This document shows, piece after piece, positions 16,756-26,423 of a DNA stretch of 32,000 nt. The position numbers were made by a program, and so were the translations under genes. The notes below the pieces were generated by a model. That model was given only the letters and a program-made list of their open reading frames with translations, was not told the DNA's origin and made no database searches. Source of the stretch: Desulfotalea psychrophila LSv54. GTDB lineage: Bacteria; Desulfobacterota; Desulfobulbia; Desulfobulbales; Desulfocapsaceae. Position 1 is the first letter of the stretch. Each line of letters opens with the position of its first letter. The stretch is taken from positions 330,001-362,000 of the forward strand of contig NC_006138.1 in assembly GCF_000025945.1 (NCBI RefSeq), in the 5' to 3' direction.

Positions 16756-17172
16756 TTATTCAATGTGTCGCTCTATCTCACTTCTAATATCATTAGCCGT
16801 CTGCTCAGGTGTTGCCAATCCAGCAGCAACCAGAAAACATAGAAAGGAAACAATTCCAACGAGAATTGTTGACGTGTTATTTTTGATTTTTAAATGAACC
16901 GAAATTATGAGCCAGATCCAAGACATACAACCAATAATAAATAATAGGTTGTATAATTTCTCTCCTGGCACTCCAAACCAGTTAACTGCTGAACAAGACA
17001 TGAGATACCCAGCAATAGCAAAAAGAAGCCACCCAATGGAAATCTCTTTTTCATCTTGATTTAATAATAATGTCCAATCAAAGTTCGAATCTTTAAATTC
17101 GTTATCGAGCTTTTTGACGGCAGTAACATTTTTTTGGATCTTATCCAATTTTGAACCAATATCAATTGACAT
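16756..17172 (-). CDS. Hypothetical 3-TM membrane protein with N-terminal amphipathic/coiled segment
   Basis: 138 aa. A strong AAGGAGG SD is embedded in the last codons of the upstream ORF, with a 3-nt gap. Three hydrophobic spans: IGWLLFAIAGYLMSCSAVNWF, LYNLLFIIGCMSWIWLIISV, ILVGIVSFLCFLVAAGLA. I recognise no family. Confidence 0.6.
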   Translation of the reverse strand: MSIDIGSKLDKIQKNVTAVKKLDNEFKDSNFDWTLLLNQDEKEISIGWLLFAIAGYLMSCSAVNWFGVPGEKLYNLLFIIGCMSWIWLIISVHLKIKNNTSTILVGIVSFLCFLVAAGLATPEQTANDIRSEIERHIE

Positions 17173-17175
17173 AAC

Positions 17176-17553
17176 CTACCTCCTTTTCGGAGGATTAAGT
17201 ACTTTGCCTATATCTTTATCTGCATCTCCTTCAGACCAATCCGTATCCTCTCCCTTAATGAAAAGTATACGATTCTCTTCCATAGATATGTTTGTTCCAC
17301 CAAATGTAACTCCATCGATGTTTCCACTAACAAGTCTCTGTGGTACTACTTTAAGTATCTCATTAACTGTTTCGTAGGTATCTTTTACCGAATAGTCATC
17401 TTGGAGGCCGCTCTCGAGCTTTACCTCTACGACACCGCCCTGCATCTTAGCGGGATAGACAATAATATTCATTCCAATATCACGCCTTAACCTAGGTTTG
17501 AGTACCTTTTGTATTTTTTCGATATATTTATTTATAATATTTCTATCTTTCAC
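17176..17553 (-). CDS. Hypothetical small soluble protein (orphan)
   Basis: 125 aa with a GTG start preceded by AAGGAG at 8-nt spacing. Basic N- and C-termini and a beta-rich middle. Translationally coupled to the 3-TM ORF. I recognise no family. Confidence 0.55.
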   Translation of the reverse strand: MKDRNIINKYIEKIQKVLKPRLRRDIGMNIIVYPAKMQGGVVEVKLESGLQDDYSVKDTYETVNEILKVVPQRLVSGNIDGVTFGGTNISMEENRILFIKGEDTDWSEGDADKDIGKVLNPPKRR

Positions 17554-17739
17554 ACTTGATTCTCCTTAAATGCCCAACAATTTATTATTCACAAACTAGA
17601 TATCTCCCCCGTAAGCCAAATCCCTGCCAAACAAAACCACTGCATCTTCTAGCAAGAAACCACCGCCAAGCCAAGCCATTTAACTTGTTTTTGAAGTAAG
17701 TTAGCAACGTAACAGCTACTTAGCCCCTACCTCTCCCTC

Positions 17740-19434
17740 TCAGGCCTTCGACTGCCGAGAGAAGAAGAGGGCAGCGGAGTAGACCAGCAGAGGGAGAGCA
17801 AGCTGGAGAAGGGCATAGACAGCGGTGACTCGCATATCGCCTCCTGAGACCCTATTCACCGCCTCGGTGGTGATTGTGGGGAAACGTCCTGCCCCCACAT
17901 AGAGGGTGGGCAGGTACTGGACAAGGCTTACAGAAAATCCCGTTGCCAGAGAGAAGGCAATGGTCTTTTTCAGCATGGGGAGCTTCACCTGCAAAAGAGC
18001 GCGCCACCACGACCCGCGCAGAGAGAGGGCCAGATCAAAATAACGATTATCAAAAGAGCGATAACTCTGCCCCAGGGTAATAAAGACATAGGGCAGAACA
18101 AAAACCACATGGGAGAAAAGAAGGGCGACAAAACTGCCATCAAGTCCTGAGAAAACCGCTACCATCTGCAGACCAAAGACAAAGGAGATCTGGGGAAGAA
18201 GAAAGGGCAGATAGAGTAACCACAGACTGCGCCGCACCCGCGTCCCCTCTCCCCGCTGAAGAAGAACTCGCTCATACTCCAGACATCCCACCACAAGAAC
18301 AAGAGAGATCAGAGCGGATAAAACCCCCAAAAGAAGGGTTACCACGATGGGTTCCTGGGCTGAAAGCAGGCCCCTGTACCAGTAATGCCAGCTATAACTG
18401 GCGGGGAGGATATCCGGAAAACGCCATCTCCGCGAAACGGAGAGCAGGGCCAGACCGGCAAAGGCCGCCATAAAGAGAAGGCCCAGAGCCATAAGAAGTG
18501 GCCCGGCCCCGGCAAATACTCTGTCAAAAAGGGACGATCTGCCTCCACCAAGAAGCAGGGTCTGCCCCAGGCGGGCAAGTAGCCTCTCCGCCAAATAGCA
18601 GAGAGTAATGGCCAAAAGCACCAACAGACAGAGGGAGGTGGCCCCGGCCGAGGCAAGAAAAAAAGAGCTCGCCTCCCCCTGAATAAACCAGGAATGAACC
18701 AGAACAGCCAGGGTTGGCGGGCGGGAGGGGCCAATAATAAGGGCCACATCCACCACAGAGAGAGAGTAGGCCAGAACTGCCCAGAAAGAGAGGCGAAGAT
18801 GGGGGTAGAGTTGAGGGAGAATAATGGTCAACCAGATACGGGTCGGACCATAGCCAAAACTCTTCCCCAGCCAAATGAGCTTACCCGCCTCAATACGGCT
18901 CAGGGCCGCTATCCCCATAAAGAGAAGAAAGGCAATCTCCTTACAGGCAAGGACAAAGGCCAAACTTAGCCCCCAGGGATCTGCCACCAGGGAAAAGTTG
19001 GGGGGAATAGTCCAGCCGGTAAGCAGTGAGGCCAAGAGGCGCATCAGCCAACCACTGGGACTCAACAAAAAGAGAATGCCCAGGGTAAAGGAGACATGGG
19101 GAATGGCCAACCAAAAACCCAAAATGCGGTGCAGGAAGGCCCACATCTTCGTTCCATAGAGCCCCGCCAAAAGAAATAGGGCAACAAAGAGGGCCGCAAA
19201 GGAGGCCGCGAAGCCCGTTGTCAAGGTCAGCAAGAAGGCATCCCTCACCGCCGGATGGTCGAGAAAACGACTCAGATATCTACCGGTAAAACCCTCTCCT
19301 CCCAAGGCGGGCCAAAAGCCAAGGGCGGGTAAAATTGTGGCCACTCCTCCGAGGAGGACGGGCAAGAGAAAGAGCGAGAGACTTAAACAGGGAAAAAGGG
19401 CCAGCAGGATCTCTTTAGTAGATCTTGCCATCAC
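17740..19434 (-). CDS. ABC transporter permease, fused two-domain type (YnjC-like)
   Basis: 564-aa polytopic protein with two tandem binding-protein-dependent permease halves. Its start overlaps the SBP stop (ATGA). Confidence 0.85.
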   Translation of the reverse strand: MMARSTKEILLALFPCLSLSLFLLPVLLGGVATILPALGFWPALGGEGFTGRYLSRFLDHPAVRDAFLLTLTTGFAASFAALFVALFLLAGLYGTKMWAFLHRILGFWLAIPHVSFTLGILFLLSPSGWLMRLLASLLTGWTIPPNFSLVADPWGLSLAFVLACKEIAFLLFMGIAALSRIEAGKLIWLGKSFGYGPTRIWLTIILPQLYPHLRLSFWAVLAYSLSVVDVALIIGPSRPPTLAVLVHSWFIQGEASSFFLASAGATSLCLLVLLAITLCYLAERLLARLGQTLLLGGGRSSLFDRVFAGAGPLLMALGLLFMAAFAGLALLSVSRRWRFPDILPASYSWHYWYRGLLSAQEPIVVTLLLGVLSALISLVLVVGCLEYERVLLQRGEGTRVRRSLWLLYLPFLLPQISFVFGLQMVAVFSGLDGSFVALLFSHVVFVLPYVFITLGQSYRSFDNRYFDLALSLRGSWWRALLQVKLPMLKKTIAFSLATGFSVSLVQYLPTLYVGAGRFPTITTEAVNRVSGGDMRVTAVYALLQLALPLLVYSAALFFSRQSKA

Positions 19435-20669
19435 CTATGACCATAGCGCGCTTGCCACTCCTCTTCTATCATCACCGTCCAAGAGGGATGCGGCTCAGGA
19501 TAGACCCTGCCCAGCTCCTCTGCAGAGAGGGTGGCTGGACCTGAATGACCGATAAAAAGTGCTTTTTGCCGATCATTCAACTTTTCCATGGCCAGTACCG
19601 TTGGATCACCCCAGACTGCCAGATCACTTTTTTGGGCCTGGGCCTCGGGTGAGAGTAGCATATTAATAAAGACCAGGGCGGCTGCCCTGTTTGAAGAGTT
19701 TCGAGGAACGGCCAGAAAATGGGTATTGGCCAGGGAACCACTGCTATGGACATAGGTCCGCACAGAGTCGGGGAGCTCTCCGTTTTCTATGGCCCTGCTG
19801 GCCTCGTTGGGATTAAAGGAGTAGGCAATAAATATTTCCCGGTTATCTAGGAGGGAGACAAGGGCCGGAGAACTGGTAACAAAGGTATTTCCCTTGCGCC
19901 ACATAAGGGGATGAAGACGATCCAGATAATGCCAAAGAGGGGCCGTCACCCGGGAAAAATCCTCTTTTTTGACGGGGGCGAGCAGTGCCTCTGGCTCCGA
20001 TATACTCTCCAGTAAGAGCTGTTTCAGAAAGGCTGTCCCGTAAAATGAAGGAGGGGCAGGATAGGTGAAACGACCGGGATGGGCCTCGGCAAAGACAAGT
20101 AGCTCCTCCATGCTATGGGGCGGCTGAGCCAGAACATCTGTATCGTACATAAAAACCAGTTGAGCCATTCCCCAAGGAGTCTCGTAACCATCCACCGGCA
20201 CGGTAAAATCACGTTGCACAGTCGGTTTCTGCCAATCCACCAAGGCGGCATTGGGTAGCAAATTGCGGGGAACCTGATAGAGCAGATCACTCTTTTTGAG
20301 TTGTTGAAAATTTTCCCCGTTTATCCAGAGCAGATCCACCCGCCCACCGTCAAGACGCCCGGCAGATTTTTCCACCAGAAGGCGACCAACAACTTCTGCA
20401 ATATCAGTGACCTTGACATGTTTGACCTCTATTCCATACTTCTCTTGGGCCCTTCGACTAGCCCAAGAAACATAGTCGTTTATGGGCTCAGAGCCACCCC
20501 AGGCATTAAAGTAGATGGTCTGACCACGGGCCTCCCCTTCAATCTGCGCCCAAGCCCCAAGGGCGGCAGAGGAGTTCTGGATAAAGAGGAAGAGAAAAGA
20601 GACCGTAACAAGAAACGGCCAAACAAACCTACCTTTCACCAAACATTTCACCAAAAAGTTTTTCCGCAT
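19431..20669 (-). CDS. ABC transporter periplasmic substrate-binding protein (YnjB-like)
   Basis: Signal peptide (FVWPFLVTVSFLFLFIQNSSAALG) and an extracellular solute-binding fold of about 390 aa. Alternative starts lie at 20675 and 20681. All candidate starts lie inside the 3' end of the K+ channel gene. Confidence 0.8.
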   Translation of the reverse strand: MRKNFLVKCLVKGRFVWPFLVTVSFLFLFIQNSSAALGAWAQIEGEARGQTIYFNAWGGSEPINDYVSWASRRAQEKYGIEVKHVKVTDIAEVVGRLLVEKSAGRLDGGRVDLLWINGENFQQLKKSDLLYQVPRNLLPNAALVDWQKPTVQRDFTVPVDGYETPWGMAQLVFMYDTDVLAQPPHSMEELLVFAEAHPGRFTYPAPPSFYGTAFLKQLLLESISEPEALLAPVKKEDFSRVTAPLWHYLDRLHPLMWRKGNTFVTSSPALVSLLDNREIFIAYSFNPNEASRAIENGELPDSVRTYVHSSGSLANTHFLAVPRNSSNRAAALVFINMLLSPEAQAQKSDLAVWGDPTVLAMEKLNDRQKALFIGHSGPATLSAEELGRVYPEPHPSWTVMIEEEWQARYGHR

Positions 20670-22332
20670 CTGCATTCCCAATAAGAATTAATTCGGTGGA
20701 TTTCACCAGAGGTAGGGTGGGGTCAGGGCCAACCAAAAGCTCTCCATCCATCCTTAGAGCCACAACACTACAACCCGTCTCTTGCCGCACATTACTTTCA
20801 GCCAGGGTTTTGCCAACCAGGGCCCCCGGAATCTGCTGAACAAAGAAGTTCATCCCCTCAATAAAGAGAGAGCCCTCATCGGGTTTAAAGACCTTCATGA
20901 TACGATTTGCCCCCATGGAGGCGTAGGACATTACCAAATCAGCACCAGCCATATGTAGCTTGCTGACACTTCTTTCATTGGTGGCACGACTGATAATCTG
21001 AATATCCGGGCGCAGTTGACGACAGTAAAAGGTGAGATAGATATTGGCGGCATCGTCGTGGGTGGTGATAATGGCGGCCCGGGCATTTTCTATTCCCGCC
21101 TCTATAAGAACATCTCTATTGGCCGCATCTCCCGCAACAAAATTCACTCCCCCTCTGGCAACAACGGCAGAGGACTTCTCAACCACCCGATATTTCACTC
21201 CATAGCCGTCAAGTACCTGACTCGCTGCCAAGCCCACCCGACCTCCACCCAAAACAAGAACCAGCTTATCGTCCTCGGAGGAGAGGTCTGTAATAATAAA
21301 TTTTTCTTCAAAGCAATCGAGTTGGGCCAGAGTGCCAGCCAGGAGAAGGCTTGAAGATTTATTAATAATAGTTTTTGCATGAAGAGCTTCAAACTGCCCC
21401 TTTTCCCAGAGGCCCACAAGAGTCGCCCCTGTTCGCGTGCGAAGCATGGTCTCGGTCAAAAGAAGCCCGCCCAGACTTGTCTGTGAAACGGGTATTTCGG
21501 CGATATGAAGCTGATCAAAGCTGCTGACAATCTTGGTCAGCCGCCCCACCCCCCGCACCCGTTCAGCAAGAGATTCACCCAACATCTTCATAAAGAGAAA
21601 GACCTGAGTATTTCCAGGAAAATTAAGAATATCAAGAGAATGCTCCTTATCAGCTGCGGCAACAATGGGCACCTTGGCGGTGATCCCCCGAATGGTAAAG
21701 GAGATATTTGTGGCCATCATATCATCGTTGGTAATCACCACCAGGGCCGCATCCTCCACCCTGACACTCAAAAAGGTATCCGGATCATCGGGCTCGCCAA
21801 CCACAATTTTGTAGCCCTGATCATGCAACTCCATACCCCTCTGAGCATCGGCAACAATGATCACATAGTCATAACCACGACGCTTGAGCTTTTCAACAAG
21901 CCTCTCGGTGATGGGATCGAGATGAGTAATGATAACATGGCCACTAACCCCCTTAACCAGCTCACGCGGGGTACGTTTTCTCGTCTGCGCCTCAAGCCAG
22001 GGCGCATAAAAGAACTGAATAAAGGAGAAGGGAAGCATGATGAGGAGAAAGACAACCCCGGAGAGGAGGACAACAATGGTAAAGAGGAGGCCCAGATCGG
22101 TATGAAAGGTGATATCACCGAAGCCCAGGGTCGACATCACCGTCAGGGCCCAGTAAATACCGGTTATCCAGGAGTACTCCTTACCCTCATAGAGCATAAT
22201 CAGATGAAAGAGTACGCTATACAAGGTTACCATGCACAGGAGAAAGACAAAGAACTTGGCCAGGGCGGCAAGGTTTCGCTGCGACCCCTTATTTTGAAAA
22301 AAGTAGAGTATCTGGGATGGGAGAAATTTCAT
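20629..22332 (-). CDS. Potassium channel protein with two RCK/TrkA-N domains
   Basis: 2-TM pore module with selectivity-filter-like TVMSTLGFGDIT, followed by two Rossmann-type RCK domains (HVIITHLD..., LVLGGGRVGLAAS...) with TrkA-C-like segments. Confidence 0.85.
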   Translation of the reverse strand: MKFLPSQILYFFQNKGSQRNLAALAKFFVFLLCMVTLYSVLFHLIMLYEGKEYSWITGIYWALTVMSTLGFGDITFHTDLGLLFTIVVLLSGVVFLLIMLPFSFIQFFYAPWLEAQTRKRTPRELVKGVSGHVIITHLDPITERLVEKLKRRGYDYVIIVADAQRGMELHDQGYKIVVGEPDDPDTFLSVRVEDAALVVITNDDMMATNISFTIRGITAKVPIVAAADKEHSLDILNFPGNTQVFLFMKMLGESLAERVRGVGRLTKIVSSFDQLHIAEIPVSQTSLGGLLLTETMLRTRTGATLVGLWEKGQFEALHAKTIINKSSSLLLAGTLAQLDCFEEKFIITDLSSEDDKLVLVLGGGRVGLAASQVLDGYGVKYRVVEKSSAVVARGGVNFVAGDAANRDVLIEAGIENARAAIITTHDDAANIYLTFYCRQLRPDIQIISRATNERSVSKLHMAGADLVMSYASMGANRIMKVFKPDEGSLFIEGMNFFVQQIPGALVGKTLAESNVRQETGCSVVALRMDGELLVGPDPTLPLVKSTELILIGNADAEKLFGEMFGER

Positions 22333-22516
22333 ATTTCATAATAGAATCAACTGTTCGCAATTCAGATGCAAATCTGACTCTATTCTACCTCATAAAAACG
22401 TTTAAGATAATCGGGGGACGGAAAAGATAAGCTTAATTTAAACATGCTTTCCCCCCAACCGCAAATGCCATCTGAAAAAAGCGAATCTCTCTACAAATCC
22501 CCCTTACAAACCTTAT

Positions 22517-22590
22517 ATTACAGCAAGACACGATTGGGAAAGTATTACATTGTTGTAAATAATCATTGCGACTACATTACATTATTGTTA
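22517..22590. promoter_or_regulatory. Candidate operator: repeated ATTACATT-N-TTGT(A/T)A boxes upstream of amt-glnK
   Basis: ATTACATTGTTGTAA (22544-22558) contains the inverted repeat TTACA-N4-TGTAA. ATTACATTATTGTTA (22576-22590) matches it at 13/15, with 32 nt start-to-start. An extra ATTACA half-site is at 22517-22522. The boxes lie 110-185 nt upstream of the amt ATG. Confidence 0.3.
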
Positions 22591-22700
22591 CTTTATGAAA
22601 AAGAGAAACGCTTCAACCAGCACAATCACCCATAGATGAGCCTAAAAGCAGAGCCCATATACACAACAAGGCTTAACCACAATCTAATAGGAGATACACC

Positions 22701-24385
<1,685 letters not shown>

Positions 24386-24493
24386 GCCATGCCGGGTAGC
24401 TTCCAACCATAAAAATAGATTGGCAGAACGGCATCTCTTTCAGTAAGATCAAAAACAGAAAACAAAGACCCACAAACATTAGAGGAGAAGAGA

Positions 24494-24646
24494 ATGGCTG
24501 AAGAAGAAGTTTCACAGGAAAAACTTGATACCATGGACGAGACCCTTATTCAAATGGAGATGCTCTACAAATCCCGCTGCGTAGGCATGCCAGGCACTAA
24601 CAATGTTACCATACGGGACATTCCCTGCAAAAAAGAAGAGGTGTAG
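24494..24646 (+). CDS. Possible small acidic protein (50 aa), hypothetical
   Basis: Not in the track because it is under 60 aa. The ATG is preceded by AGAGGAGAAGAGA. Product: MAEEEVSQEKLDTMDETLIQMEMLYKSRCVGMPGTNNVTIRDIPCKKEEV. I recognise no family. Confidence 0.35.
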   Translation: MAEEEVSQEKLDTMDETLIQMEMLYKSRCVGMPGTNNVTIRDIPCKKEEV

Positions 24647-24658
24647 ATCCCCCCGAAA

Positions 24659-25387
24659 CTACCACTTTTCCTGCAGATGCCTGGCCACCAGGGCGGCACT
24701 CCTTATTGCAGATTCGAAACTGGCATGAAAATCTGCAATAATCGTCTCATCAGCAGGATCAAACCTGTCTGCAATGGATTTTGCCACGGCATAGGGAAGC
24801 TGGAGGCGACCTGCCACCTGAGCAAAGCCTCCCGCCTCCATCTCAATCAGACCCACCCCCGAGACAAGCTTGGCAAGTTCCATTTTACGCTCACGGGTTC
24901 CGGAAAATTCGGCACCCGTCACCACACATCCCCTACAGCTCCGCAGTCCCACCACCCCCAAGCAGAGGGATGATAGCGTTTCATCCGGATAGAGACAGGG
25001 ATCGTGGCCCAAGCCATCGGCTCCAGAGCGTAGGGACTGCCCCGGCCGCACTAAAAAACGACCCATATCAAAAAAGGCACAGGAATCATGCTGTAAAATT
25101 TTCTCAGCTACAACCAAATCCCCCACCTCCCGGCTACTCTCCAGGGCACCACCGACACCCAATAGGACAAGGGCAGCCAGACTATAACGACAGGAGAGCT
25201 CCGTAACAGCGCAGGCCGCATTAACCCCGCCAAGCCCTGAATATGCCAGGATAATTTGCCTACCCGAAGAGCTAGTGGCACTATAGAGACCCGCGTGATG
25301 CTTTTTAACATTTTTTACCATGCGACAGATGCCCTTCAACTCCTGAGGCATGGCACAGAGAATCAACAGGGAAGGAGTTTCTTTCAT
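24659..25387 (-). CDS. Nucleoside phosphorylase superfamily protein (MTA/SAH nucleosidase-like)
   Basis: PNP_UDP_1-like pattern: LLILCAMPQEL..., YSGLGGVNAACAVTEL, LLGVGGAL, IEMEAGGFAQVA. The ATG for MKETPS at 25387 lies 1 nt after the tupC stop, so it is probably the last gene of the tup operon. Confidence 0.7.
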   Translation of the reverse strand: MKETPSLLILCAMPQELKGICRMVKNVKKHHAGLYSATSSSGRQIILAYSGLGGVNAACAVTELSCRYSLAALVLLGVGGALESSREVGDLVVAEKILQHDSCAFFDMGRFLVRPGQSLRSGADGLGHDPCLYPDETLSSLCLGVVGLRSCRGCVVTGAEFSGTRERKMELAKLVSGVGLIEMEAGGFAQVAGRLQLPYAVAKSIADRFDPADETIIADFHASFESAIRSAALVARHLQEKW

Positions 25388-25388
25388 T

Positions 25389-26423
25389 TTATAGACCGGT
25401 ACAGGAAATGGCATGTGAAGGAATAGTCACAGCCAGCTTATCGCCCACCATGAGAGAGAGGCTTCGATAGTTTTCGTAATTTGTATAGATAATAAGAGGA
25501 ATCCCAATATCAAGCTGCAGCTTAACAAGAGACCTATGTCGACTGATCCCCACGAGATGGCCTGAGTAAACATTATCCTCCTGCCCAACTGCCATGCCAC
25601 TCCCTAAGAGAGAAAAGCCTATCCCCTCGGGATCAACCCACAGCTTCAGCTCCTGTGCAGAGGAGGGGAGGCAGGCTCCTGACACTCGAAGAAGCAAGCT
25701 ACCAGCAAGCTGCCAAATAGTATCAGCCCCTTTCTCACCCACCAACTGCCCCCTATAGACATTTTCATTGAGGACATTGGAGAGAGAACCGTTTTGTAAG
25801 AGCAGAGTATGATCGGCAAGACGATGCCCCTGAGAAAGATAATGGGTAGAAAAGATTATCGATGTCCCCCTCTCCCTGTTTATCCTCTCCAGAACGGCAA
25901 GAATCATCTCTTGATTCTCATTATCAACATTAGCACTAGGCTCATCACAGATTAACACCTCAGGATAGACGGCCAGGGCCCGGGCCAGGGCAACCCTCTT
26001 CGTCTCCCCACCGGATAATTTTTGGGCATCATCACCGGAAAATTTTTCCAGACCGACCAAGCGGAGCATCTCGCCAACCCGAGCCACCACATCCACCTTT
26101 GCCAGCCTGCGTACCCGCAGACCAAAGGCCACATTTTCTGCAACGGTACCGGAAAACATAATGGGACTCTGATCAAGCTGCACCACCTGCCGCCTAAAGG
26201 CCAGGAGCTGTTTTTTGCCATAGGCCACCCTCTCGCCAAGAAACTCTATCTCACCGCTGCTCGGTCTATCGAGAAAGGAGAGCAACTTAAGCAGAGTCGT
26301 CTTACCGGCACCATTAGGCCCCGTCAAGCTGTAGACCTTACCCTTCTCCAGCAGAAGATCCTCAATATCCAAAACAACCCGATCGCCATAAACCCTGGTC
26401 ATTTTCTTTATTCTATAGAGCAT
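25389..26423 (-). CDS. tupC: Tungstate/molybdate-type ABC transporter ATP-binding protein with C-terminal TOBE-like extension
   Basis: Walker A GPNGAGKTT, signature LSGGETKRVALARAL, Walker B LICDEPSANVD and an extra C-terminal domain of about 110 aa. It overlaps tupB by 11 nt. Confidence 0.8.
   Translation of the reverse strand: MLYRIKKMTRVYGDRVVLDIEDLLLEKGKVYSLTGPNGAGKTTLLKLLSFLDRPSSGEIEFLGERVAYGKKQLLAFRRQVVQLDQSPIMFSGTVAENVAFGLRVRRLAKVDVVARVGEMLRLVGLEKFSGDDAQKLSGGETKRVALARALAVYPEVLICDEPSANVDNENQEMILAVLERINRERGTSIIFSTHYLSQGHRLADHTLLLQNGSLSNVLNENVYRGQLVGEKGADTIWQLAGSLLLRVSGACLPSSAQELKLWVDPEGIGFSLLGSGMAVGQEDNVYSGHLVGISRHRSLVKLQLDIGIPLIIYTNYENYRSLSLMVGDKLAVTIPSHAISCTGL

Noticed and set aside
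17080-17095. GTTCGAATC (tRNA T-loop-like) on the plus strand.
   Set aside because: Only a 4-bp A/T flanking stem and no acceptor, D or anticodon arms around it. It lies inside the 3-TM ORF in AT-rich sequence.
15978-17745. Direct or inverted repeats flanking the AT-rich cassette, as insertion scars.
   Set aside because: The only shared string I could find between the two borders is a 7-mer (AATGCCC), which is not significant. This needs a computational repeat search.
17874-19159. Multiple 65-136-aa ORFs on both strands inside the ynjC-like permease gene; similar ORFs at 26022-27295 over tupB and tupC.
   Set aside because: Shadow ORFs in GC-richer coding DNA, with no RBS or motifs.
21505-22341. 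278-aa plus-strand ORF opposite the K+ channel gene.
   Set aside because: The channel frame carries a selectivity filter and RCK domains. The antisense product is Gly/His/Lys-rich with no motif.
22333-22700. Expected sigma-54 promoter (TGGCAC-N5-TTGC) upstream of amt-glnK, and the 63-aa ORF at 22444..22635.
   Set aside because: No GG/GC pair with the correct 12-nt spacing was found by eye. The ORF has no RBS and an implausible composition.
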